From Flavobacteriaceae bacterium (GTDB lineage: Bacteria; Bacteroidota; Bacteroidia; Flavobacteriales; Flavobacteriaceae), in NCBI GenBank assembly GCA_038132955.1, contig JAYPSJ010000010.1:7463-71462 (forward strand): a stretch of 64,000 nucleotides of DNA, given 5' to 3'. Position 1 is the stretch's first letter. Each line of letters starts with the position of its first letter. Shown in pieces: positions 57,463 to 64,000 of this stretch. A program made the position numbers and the translations under genes. The notes under the pieces were generated by a model. That model did no database searches. It saw only the letters and a list, made by a program, of their open reading frames with translations, and had not been told where the DNA came from.

Positions 57463-57933
57463 TTAAGGGTTCTGAAAGACGATATAGGCGTTAAGCGAAG
57501 TGGCAATTATCAGCCAAGTAATGTAGGGGGCTATCCACAGTGTCTTGAGTTGTAAAAATTGAGAAAATTTTGCGGCCATTGCCACGAGCAGGATCAACAA
57601 TCCTGAAATTATTATCAGTGCAGCGCTCGTTTGATGAAAGTTAAAAAACACGGGATTCCATAGCACATTTAACCCCCAACTCAGTATAAATAGTTTTTTA
57701 GCGGTTCCGCGGACTGATTTTTCCTGCCACAATAGAGACATGTAGGCTGTATAACAAATCATAATTAGTGTCCAAGCCAATCCAAAAACATATCCTGGGG
57801 GGGTCCAGGGGGCTTGATTCAAATTAACATACCAGCTGCTATTGACTCCTGGAGTGGTACTAAGAGCCCCAAGGTACAGTCCTCCGAAATTAAGCAAGCC
57901 AAAAATTAAAGCCGCAGGTAGTTTGTGTTTCAT
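57463..57933 (-). CDS. tspO: TspO/MBR family tryptophan-rich sensory protein
   Basis: 156 aa, 5 TM, Trp-rich (PSWYVNL..APWTPPGYVFGLAWTLIM, NVLWNPVFF, WLIIATSLN). Confidence 0.85.
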   Translation of the reverse strand: MKHKLPAALIFGLLNFGGLYLGALSTTPGVNSSWYVNLNQAPWTPPGYVFGLAWTLIMICYTAYMSLLWQEKSVRGTAKKLFILSWGLNVLWNPVFFNFHQTSAALIIISGLLILLVAMAAKFSQFLQLKTLWIAPYITWLIIATSLNAYIVFQNP

Positions 57934-57937
57934 GGAC

Positions 57938-58630
57938 TTAATTTGAGGAAATCCTCTGATTTATATGATGTCCTACAAGCGCTACGGTAAGCAGCATCCC
58001 AAGGTTATACACTGTGTCCTCTAAAGGAATTGTTCCCAATCGAATACCAAAGTTTTGAGCGTCGTTATACCATACGACAGGTTCGGGTATGCCTGATCCT
58101 GTGAGCACGCCATTCACGATAAAAAATGGAATCAAAATAATGAGATAACTCATTAAAAATGTAGGCAGCAATTTCGGTGCTGTATTTAGAGCAAGGCCCA
58201 AAAGCAATAAGGCGTAAACGAAGGCAGTAGCGGTATACCATTGATTGATGCCATTCCAAAGGCCTAAAATCAAAACCACAGCGACTATTAGATAAACCCA
58301 ATCTGTAGTTTTTTGGCTCAATGGCCACCAATGAATCAAAGTGCTCAAAACATGATGGGTAAACAGACAGGCATAAGGGATACAGAAGAAAAAAAGCCAC
58401 TCTTCCAATGGAAGTCCGAGCCACTGAATTCCTGTAAGGTATTTTGGGTTAAATCCCCAAAAACCCTGAGCAGTAAAGTAAATGTCCCATGGAATGAACA
58501 CCAGTGCCATCACCATAATTCCGGGGAGTACACTAGGCCAAAGTTTGTAAAATTTGATTTTAGGATGAAATGAAAAAAGCAGCGGCAAGGCCAGTGACCC
58601 TAAGTCGAGCCATAAATATAGCCGCTCCAT
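57938..58630 (-). CDS. crtY: Lycopene cyclase domain protein (fused CrtYc/CrtYd heterodimeric type)
   Basis: 230 aa, polytopic, with two halves each carrying a PLEE/PLED motif (GLPLEEWLFF and GTIPLEDTVYN). Positioned inside the crt operon. Confidence 0.75.
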   Translation of the reverse strand: MERLYLWLDLGSLALPLLFSFHPKIKFYKLWPSVLPGIMVMALVFIPWDIYFTAQGFWGFNPKYLTGIQWLGLPLEEWLFFFCIPYACLFTHHVLSTLIHWWPLSQKTTDWVYLIVAVVLILGLWNGINQWYTATAFVYALLLLGLALNTAPKLLPTFLMSYLIILIPFFIVNGVLTGSGIPEPVVWYNDAQNFGIRLGTIPLEDTVYNLGMLLTVALVGHHINQRISSN

Positions 58631-58632
58631 AA

Positions 58633-59082
58633 TTACTTTTTGAAATACTTAAGAGGTGGAACAAGCATCCCGAAGCATTCTCCTTTGTCTTTTCCTAAAT
58701 GTTTATGGTGAATTTTATGCGCACGACGAATCCCACGGGCATACCAATTATTGGCATTGCGAAACATTTTAAATCTTTGGTGAATAAATATATCATGAAC
58801 CGTAAAATAGGCCACGCCATAGGCAAAAATACCAAGGCCTATGGGAAGGCCAGCCCAAAATCCATAACTATCCCAGCTGATAAAACAAAGAATACTCACA
58901 ATGGCGTAAAAGATAAAAAAGGCATCATTACGTTCCCACCAGCTCCCGTGATCTTTGTGATGATGGTCTTTATGCAGTACCCATAAAAATCCATGCATGA
59001 TATATTTATGGGTAAACCAGGCCATAAATTCCATGACTGAAAAAGTGGTTAAAAAGACTAAAATCCAAAAAACAACTTTCAT
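58633..59082 (-). CDS. crtZ: Beta-carotene 3-hydroxylase CrtZ
   Basis: 149 aa. Histidine boxes HKYIMH, HKDHHH, HDIFIHQR and HKIHHKH. Confidence 0.85.
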   Translation of the reverse strand: MKVVFWILVFLTTFSVMEFMAWFTHKYIMHGFLWVLHKDHHHKDHGSWWERNDAFFIFYAIVSILCFISWDSYGFWAGLPIGLGIFAYGVAYFTVHDIFIHQRFKMFRNANNWYARGIRRAHKIHHKHLGKDKGECFGMLVPPLKYFKK

Positions 59083-59083
59083 T

Positions 59084-59926
59084 TTATCGAACTAATTTTA
59101 ATTGATATTTCACATAGCTTCTGGTCAAAAGCCCAAATTTTTCATAATTCGGCACGCGGATACGGGTATTGACAATATCGAGAGCGGGCGTATTATTGAG
59201 TTTTTTTAGCAGGCGGCGATAATAGCGATAAGCCATAAATACACCAAACTTTGCCTCACGGGGTAAGGCCACGATCCCAGCATAACCCTTTTTGAAATCT
59301 GCCTCGATATCCTGAATAATTTCAAGCTTTGCAGATTCGTCTAAGGCAGATAAGTTAGTATTTGGAAAATAGGTGCGGTTCAGTTCTTTAAAATCGGCTT
59401 TTAAATCCCTTAAAAAATTCACTTTTTGAAATGCAGAACCCAAAGCCATAGCAGGTTCTTTTAATTGATCAAATTGCTTCTGATTGCCTTGGACAAATAT
59501 TTTTAAGCACATTAAGCCCACCACATCGGCAGACCCATATATGTAGGCCTGATATTCTTCGCGCGTTTTGTATTCATTTTTGGTGAGATCTAAACGCATG
59601 CTGTTCATGAATGCATCAATGAGCTCTTGATCTATACCATATTCATGGACCGTATACTGAAAGGCATTGAGGATAGGGTTTAAACTAATCTTTTCAGTCA
59701 ATGCCTGCTCTAATGCTTCCTCGAAACGGGCAAAAAGTGCCACCTTATCGTAATCGTGAAATGAATCTACAATTTCGTCTGCCAAGCGCACAAAGCCATA
59801 AACATTATAGACGTGCTGCCTTATATTCGGGGCCAACATTTTCGTGGCCAACGAAAATGAAGTGCTGTAGGTTTTTGTTACATTTTTACTGCACGACTGT
59901 GAGATTACGTCGAATAATGCTTTCAT
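59084..59926 (-). CDS. crtB: Phytoene synthase
   Basis: 280 aa. YGFVRLADEIVD (DxxxD box 1), YIYGSADVVG and the squalene/phytoene synthase fold pattern. Confidence 0.9.
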   Translation of the reverse strand: MKALFDVISQSCSKNVTKTYSTSFSLATKMLAPNIRQHVYNVYGFVRLADEIVDSFHDYDKVALFARFEEALEQALTEKISLNPILNAFQYTVHEYGIDQELIDAFMNSMRLDLTKNEYKTREEYQAYIYGSADVVGLMCLKIFVQGNQKQFDQLKEPAMALGSAFQKVNFLRDLKADFKELNRTYFPNTNLSALDESAKLEIIQDIEADFKKGYAGIVALPREAKFGVFMAYRYYRRLLKKLNNTPALDIVNTRIRVPNYEKFGLLTRSYVKYQLKLVR

Positions 59927-61389
59927 GATTTTATACTTTGATCCATAAGTCCTGAGACAATTTTACCAGAGATCAGTGAAGGAGGTACTCCAGGTCCAGG
60001 AACCGTTAATTGTCCTGTAAAAAAGAGGCCATCAACTTTTTTACTCTTCAATTTAGGTCTCAAAAACGCCGTCTGCATTAGTGTATTCGCCAGACCATAA
60101 GCGTTTCCTTTGTAGGAATTATAGTCGTTGATAAAGTCGTTGAGACAAAAACTTTCCTTAAATATAATACTTTTTTTAACGCTCTGATTCGTTAGGTTTT
60201 CAAAGCGGGTCATGATTTTGTCAAAATATGCTTCGCGAAGCGCCTCTGTATCCTCGATTCCTACTGCTAGAGGAATTAAGAAAATACCTGCTTCTTTACC
60301 TTCGGGGGCCGCACTTTCGTCGGTCTTAGAAGGGAAACTTGCATAAAAAAGTGGTTCCTTTGGCCACTCAGGGTGATCATAAATACTTGCAGCGTGCTTT
60401 TCGAAGGGAACATCAAAAAACAAGGTATGGTGCTCCACATTTTCAATCTTTTTATCAAAGCCCACGTAAAAAAGCAGTGATGAAGGGGCAAAGGTTCTTT
60501 TGGCCCAGAAAGCCTCAGAATATTGACGATATTGCCCCGGTAAAAGGGTTTCGGTGTGGTGGTAATCTGCTCCACTGAGCACCTTGTCAAAAGACAAAGA
60601 TTGACCATTCACTTTAATGCCGGTTGCCCGACCTTGATCGACTAAAATAGCCTCGACATTCTGATTGCTATTCATAACAACACCAAGTTCCCGAGCTAGA
60701 TCAACCATACCTTGAACGACGCTGTACATTCCGTTTTTTGGATGAAAAGTTCCGAGACCAAAATCAGCGTAATTCATAAAGCTGTAAAACGCAGGGGTAT
60801 TGGATGGTTTAGCGCCCAAAAAGAGCACGGGAAACTCAAGTATAGCCACCAACTGAGGATTTTTAAAGGCTGCGCGAACATCACGGGCGATAGTGCTAAA
60901 GAACTGTCCCACTTTAACAGCGGTTTTTGGGGTAATAAGTTCCAGCGGAGAACTACCGGGCCTGTACACTAAATCCTTAATAGCAATATTGTAATTATCT
61001 AAAGCGGCATCGATGAATTTTTGCAATTTAGCCGCACCACCTACTTCATGTTGCTCAAAAGTTTCTTTAATTTTCTCAAGGGAATCAGCAATGGTTATCG
61101 CCTGATTTTCTCCGAAATACACACTATAGGCTGGATTAAGTTTGATTAACTGGTAATAATCCTCGGGCTTCTTACCAAAATCGCCGAAAAAACGTTCAAA
61201 AACGTCAGGCATCCAATACCAAGTGGGGCCCATATCAAATACAAATCCGACTTTTTTTAGTTGTCTCGCTCGCCCACCAAAGGTTGCATTTTTTTCAAAA
61301 AGGCTAACGCTGTGACCAGCCTTGGCAAGGTAACTTGCGGCGGCTAGCGAGGAAAATCCGGAGCCAATTACGGCTATTGTGTCAGGCAT
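59923..61389 (-). CDS. crtI: Phytoene desaturase
   Basis: 488 aa. N-terminal FAD motif IAVIGSGFSSLAAASYLAKAGHSVSLFEK and the C-terminal FTGQLTVPGPGVP motif. Confidence 0.9.
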   Translation of the reverse strand: MPDTIAVIGSGFSSLAAASYLAKAGHSVSLFEKNATFGGRARQLKKVGFVFDMGPTWYWMPDVFERFFGDFGKKPEDYYQLIKLNPAYSVYFGENQAITIADSLEKIKETFEQHEVGGAAKLQKFIDAALDNYNIAIKDLVYRPGSSPLELITPKTAVKVGQFFSTIARDVRAAFKNPQLVAILEFPVLFLGAKPSNTPAFYSFMNYADFGLGTFHPKNGMYSVVQGMVDLARELGVVMNSNQNVEAILVDQGRATGIKVNGQSLSFDKVLSGADYHHTETLLPGQYRQYSEAFWAKRTFAPSSLLFYVGFDKKIENVEHHTLFFDVPFEKHAASIYDHPEWPKEPLFYASFPSKTDESAAPEGKEAGIFLIPLAVGIEDTEALREAYFDKIMTRFENLTNQSVKKSIIFKESFCLNDFINDYNSYKGNAYGLANTLMQTAFLRPKLKSKKVDGLFFTGQLTVPGPGVPPSLISGKIVSGLMDQSIKS

Positions 61390-61426
61390 GATTGGTTAAA
61401 TACTTTGAACTTAAAACAGAATTAAA

Positions 61427-62335
61427 TCAAACTTTTTGACTTTGCACAAAGCGTCGCAATTCCTTGAGATGATGAATGATCTGGATGTTTGTTCCGAGAT
61501 CACCAACACCGATGTCTTTGAGCTTATAGCCCATAAGCCATAAAGGATATTTACTGGCTGGTTTTACTTGTTTGTAAAAATCTTTGACATAGTTTTCTAC
61601 GCTCTGGTCATCAGGTTTGACTGTGAAATAAGAGAAGAAAGTAATGTCACTGTAGTGTTTAGTGAGGTGTTTTAAATTGTCCAGAGGAATATTACTCCCC
61701 AAATAAAGGGTTTGTAAACCCTCACTTAAAAGAATGTAATTGGCGTACAAAAGGCCAATCTCGTGAATTTCCTCATAGGGCAAAAAGAGAGCAAAAGCCG
61801 GTGAAACGTTTTGCGCCATCTCTTCCTGAGAATGGACAATATTTTCAATTATTTTTTGCTTGATTATTTCCGAAATAAACCGCTCGTGTACAGGATCAAT
61901 GGTCCCGGTTTGCCATAATAAACCAATTTCGTTCAGTAAAGGCATAAAGAGATCGAAGAAAATAAAATCAAAAGTCTCTTTCTTAGCCAGTTTCTTGTAG
62001 GTTTTGTTAAATAGATGATGATCAAATTCAAACATAGACTGTTTGAATAAATGCAATGCATAATGATTGGTTTGATCGAGCTCAGATTCTGTAATCAGTC
62101 GTTCAATTTCATCTTGTTGTAACTCCGCTATTTTGGAAATCTTAAACCCTTGTCGGTATAAAAAAGTGGCATTGAGCAACTTTGTTAAATTGCTCATGTC
62201 ATAATTACGGATGTTGGTATCCGTACGATTGGGTTCTAAAAGTGCGTAACGCTTTTCCCATATGCGAATGGTATGCGCCTTCACGCCACTAAGGTTTTCC
62301 AGATCTTTAATACTAAATTCTGTTTTAACCGCCAT
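61427..62335 (-). CDS. MerR-family regulator with C-terminal cobalamin-binding domain (CarH/LitR-like)
   Basis: Start trimmed to MAVKTEFSIKDLENLSGVKAHTIRIWEKRY (ATG 62335). The C-terminal domain carries EEIHEIGLL (E/DxHxxG B12 motif) followed by LYLGSNIP. Confidence 0.8.
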   Translation of the reverse strand: MAVKTEFSIKDLENLSGVKAHTIRIWEKRYALLEPNRTDTNIRNYDMSNLTKLLNATFLYRQGFKISKIAELQQDEIERLITESELDQTNHYALHLFKQSMFEFDHHLFNKTYKKLAKKETFDFIFFDLFMPLLNEIGLLWQTGTIDPVHERFISEIIKQKIIENIVHSQEEMAQNVSPAFALFLPYEEIHEIGLLYANYILLSEGLQTLYLGSNIPLDNLKHLTKHYSDITFFSYFTVKPDDQSVENYVKDFYKQVKPASKYPLWLMGYKLKDIGVGDLGTNIQIIHHLKELRRFVQSQKV

Positions 62336-62476
62336 GCAAATTTTTTCGAAATATAACCAAAAATTACGGCACAATTAGGCATTTTGTTTAATTTTTTCAC
62401 CAAAACTATAAACAAAGAAAAATCAGGGAGTTATGCTTGAGAAAATGGGGTTTAAAAAAAACGGCATTTTACCCAC

Positions 62477-62504
62477 AAAAAAAGCCACCCCAAAGAGAGT
62501 GACT
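62477..62504 (-). terminator. Putative terminator after tRNA-Leu
   Basis: The minus strand reads AGTCAC, a 10-nt loop, GTGGCT (one G-U pair), then T7. Confidence 0.45.
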
Positions 62505-62508
62505 TTTG

Positions 62509-62592
62509 TACCGAGAATGGGAATCGAACCCACACGCCCTAATGGACACATGGCCCTCAACCATGCCTGTCTACCAGTTCCAGCACCTCGGT
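62509..62592 (-). tRNA. tRNA-Leu (anticodon GAG), type II with long variable arm
   Basis: Hand-folded. Acceptor ACCGAGG/UCUCGGU, 3-bp D stem, anticodon stem CAUGG/CCAUG with loop UUGAGGG, variable arm GUCC-AUUA-GGGC, T arm GUGGG-UUCGAUU-CCCAU. CCA is not encoded. Confidence 0.9.
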
Positions 62593-62609
62593 AAGTGCAG
62601 TTTGAAACC

Positions 62610-62637
62610 AAAAAGTCGATAAAAATATCGACTTTTT
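62610..62637. other. Perfect 11-bp inverted repeat between the two tRNA genes (processing or terminator-like hairpin)
   Basis: AAAAAGTCGAT, loop aaaaat, ATCGACTTTTT. Confidence 0.6.
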
Positions 62638-62638
62638 A

Positions 62639-62714
62639 TGGTGACCTGGCTGGGGCTCGAACCCAGGACCACCTCCTTAAAAGGGAGGTGCTCTACCAAC
62701 TGAGCTACCAGGTC
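62639..62714 (-). tRNA. tRNA-Lys (anticodon UUU), CCA encoded
   Basis: Hand-folded. GACCUGG acceptor, GCUC-AGUUGGUA-GAGC D arm, CCUCC-CUUUUAA-GGAGG anticodon arm, CUGGG-UUCGAGC-CCCAG T arm, ACCA 3' end. Confidence 0.92.
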
Positions 62715-62716
62715 AT

Positions 62717-62746
62717 TAAAAAATTTGGCGGGTCAGATCACCCGCC
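62717..62746 (-). other. GC-rich hairpin plus AAATTTTTT in the leader just 5' of tRNA-Lys
   Basis: The minus strand reads GGCGGGT, loop gatctg, ACCCGCC, then AAATTTTTT. It ends 2-3 nt before the tRNA-Lys 5' end. Confidence 0.5.
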
Positions 62747-62778
62747 AGTGCTCCGTACCATAAATGGCTTAGCGGCTG

Positions 62779-62810
62779 CAAATATAATATCATTATGTTT
62801 ATAATTCAAA
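62779..62810 (-). promoter_or_regulatory. Bacteroidetes-type sigma-A promoter (TTTG-N20-TATATTTG) upstream of the tRNA-Lys/tRNA-Leu pair
   Basis: The minus strand has TTTG (62810-62807), a 20-nt spacer, then TATATTTG (62786-62779). This matches the -33 TTTG / -7 TAnnTTTG consensus. Confidence 0.5.
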
Positions 62811-62925
62811 CTAAATTCTTTTAAAAAATATCAGCCTTTTGAGGTCTTGAAAAATCTTTCCTCGATACAAAGAAAATATGTTTTTTATTGGGATGAATCC
62901 TACTGTCTTTTGCGATATTTGCTCT

Positions 62926-63465
62926 ATGAATATAGTACTCATGGGATATATGGGCAGCGGAAAAACTGCTGTGGGTCGTCGACTAGCGGCACTCTTGCAA
63001 CGGGAATTTATTGACCTTGACGCCCTTATTGAGCAACGTTTAGAAAGCACGATTTCGGAAATTTTTGAACAAAAAGGAGTCGTATATTTTAGAAAATACG
63101 AGTCTGAAATTTTGCGTGAAATTTGTGGTCGCCCGGGAAATGCGGTAATTGCCCTAGGTGGAGGAACCCCGATTTATGGGGATAATCTTAAGTGGATTAA
63201 TGATTCTGACTTTAATTTGAGTATTTATCTCAAAATATCAATTCAACCCCTTGTAAAGCGTCTATGGCCAGAACGTCATCATCGTCCCATAATTGCCAGT
63301 CTATATACTCCTGAGGCACTTGAAGAATTTGTGCGCAAACATTTATTTGAGCGCACCTTTGCCTACATGCAAGCTCAATTAGTTGTTGATGTGAGCGATT
63401 TGAATGTGGACTCAGTAGCCAATGAGATTCTCAATGCGGTACAAAATAGAATAGGGGATTACTGA
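62926..63465 (+). CDS. aroK: Shikimate kinase
   Basis: Start trimmed to MNIVLMGYMGSGKT (Walker A). ALGGGTP and the shikimate-binding region are present. 179 aa. Confidence 0.9.
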   Translation: MNIVLMGYMGSGKTAVGRRLAALLQREFIDLDALIEQRLESTISEIFEQKGVVYFRKYESEILREICGRPGNAVIALGGGTPIYGDNLKWINDSDFNLSIYLKISIQPLVKRLWPERHHRPIIASLYTPEALEEFVRKHLFERTFAYMQAQLVVDVSDLNVDSVANEILNAVQNRIGDY

Positions 63466-63498
63466 ATAACTCAGGATTTAAGCCAATCGCGTCAGAAT

Positions 63499-63984
63499 TT
63501 ATGCCAAACGCGCACTATAGGCCCCTGGGCTTAAATCAACAACGACATTTTCATTTAATGAAGTGGATAATGAAATCCCTTTAAAGTCTGCTTTAACGGG
63601 GTATTTTTTGTGATTTCTGTCTACCAAGACTGCGGTCTTGAATTGCTTTAATGGAACTTGCAGGAAATAAGCTACTCCATAAATCAATGCGGTTCCCGAG
63701 TGTAAGACGTCGTCAACTAAAACCAGGGATTTTTCCTTTATGTCCTCTAAAGTGCAATCACATGTCACTTGGCCAATAGGAACTTCTTTATTCATTTGAA
63801 CCCGACAAAGGTTTATATTAAAGGGGGCGATACTTTCAACTTCCTTTTTTAATAACTCTGCAAGTTGATACCCATTATCCGCGATACCTGCAATGACAAT
63901 TTCTGACTCGTACACATTGGCTTCATAAATCTGATAAGCCATGCGCCTGATTTTATGCAAAATTTCTTGATGATTGAGAATCAT
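63499..63984 (-). CDS. Phosphoribosyltransferase family protein (PyrR-like)
   Basis: 161 aa. The PRPP-binding loop LVLVDDVLHSGTAL and the N-terminal ILNHQEILHKIRRMAYQIYE are typical of the Bacteroidetes PRT found next to aroK. Confidence 0.75.
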   Translation of the reverse strand: MILNHQEILHKIRRMAYQIYEANVYESEIVIAGIADNGYQLAELLKKEVESIAPFNINLCRVQMNKEVPIGQVTCDCTLEDIKEKSLVLVDDVLHSGTALIYGVAYFLQVPLKQFKTAVLVDRNHKKYPVKADFKGISLSTSLNENVVVDLSPGAYSARLA

Positions 63985-64000
63985 AGTATTCCTGTTAGGT

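Noticed and set aside
62423-62804. ORF-track ORFs 62423-62611 (-) and 62595-62804 (+)
   Set aside because: They run through the two tRNA genes and the intervening palindrome, so they are translation artefacts.
62336-62810. tRNA-Lys/tRNA-Leu pair as an integration hotspot, with the adjacent crt operon as a genomic island
   Set aside because: There is no integrase, excisionase or transposase gene, and I could not see a direct-repeat copy of either tRNA 3' end anywhere nearby. The crt genes look compositionally like their neighbours.
1-64000. CRISPR arrays, transposons or IS elements, prophage, toxin-antitoxin modules or known defence systems
   Set aside because: I read the whole window for direct-repeat/spacer periodicity and for integrase, transposase, nuclease-helicase or TA-like small gene pairs. 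I found none. The only tandem repeat is the 2.5 x 20-nt element at 44061-44111.

Overview
This is a dense 64-kb chromosomal segment that reads as Bacteroidota, probably Flavobacteriia-like. The supporting signs are three T9SS-related proteins (two cargo proteins with C-terminal sorting domains and a PorV/PorQ-like barrel), a type III glutamine synthetase, a TTTG-N20-TAnnTTTG promoter, a LETM1-related protein, and DUF4920, DUF4105 and DUF4331 families. I call about 63 protein genes and 2 tRNAs (Lys-UUU, Leu-GAG), all on long co-directional runs. I see no rRNA, CRISPR array, transposase, integrase or phage genes, and no recognisable toxin-antitoxin or defence genes. Most of the content is housekeeping: apt, glnN, prfA, pyrF, ilvE, grpE-dnaJ, secA, pssA, lptB, tatC, kpsF, recQ and aroK. 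I cannot point to one clear-cut novel system. The best candidates for under-described biology are: (1) an overlapping GT2 / tandem-LAB_N / GT39 operon with a PAP2 phosphatase and an SDR epimerase, which looks like an Arn-type envelope-lipid glycosylation module with an uncharacterised middle protein; (2) a MerR/B12 (CarH/LitR-like)-crtI-crtB-crtZ-crtY-tspO operon, set in a window that also carries IcmF, a free MeaB and a PduO-type adenosyltransferase; (3) a DUF4331 fold split into two adjacent secreted proteins, the second with its own lipoprotein signal and a 4-Cys module; (4) a LETM1-related/SRAP gene pair converging on recQ; (5) a PorV/PorQ-like barrel paired with a DUF4105 protein; (6) a sigma-54 activator with no DNA-binding domain and no kinase. 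All family calls come from reading the translated ORFs and recalling motifs. No searches were run.
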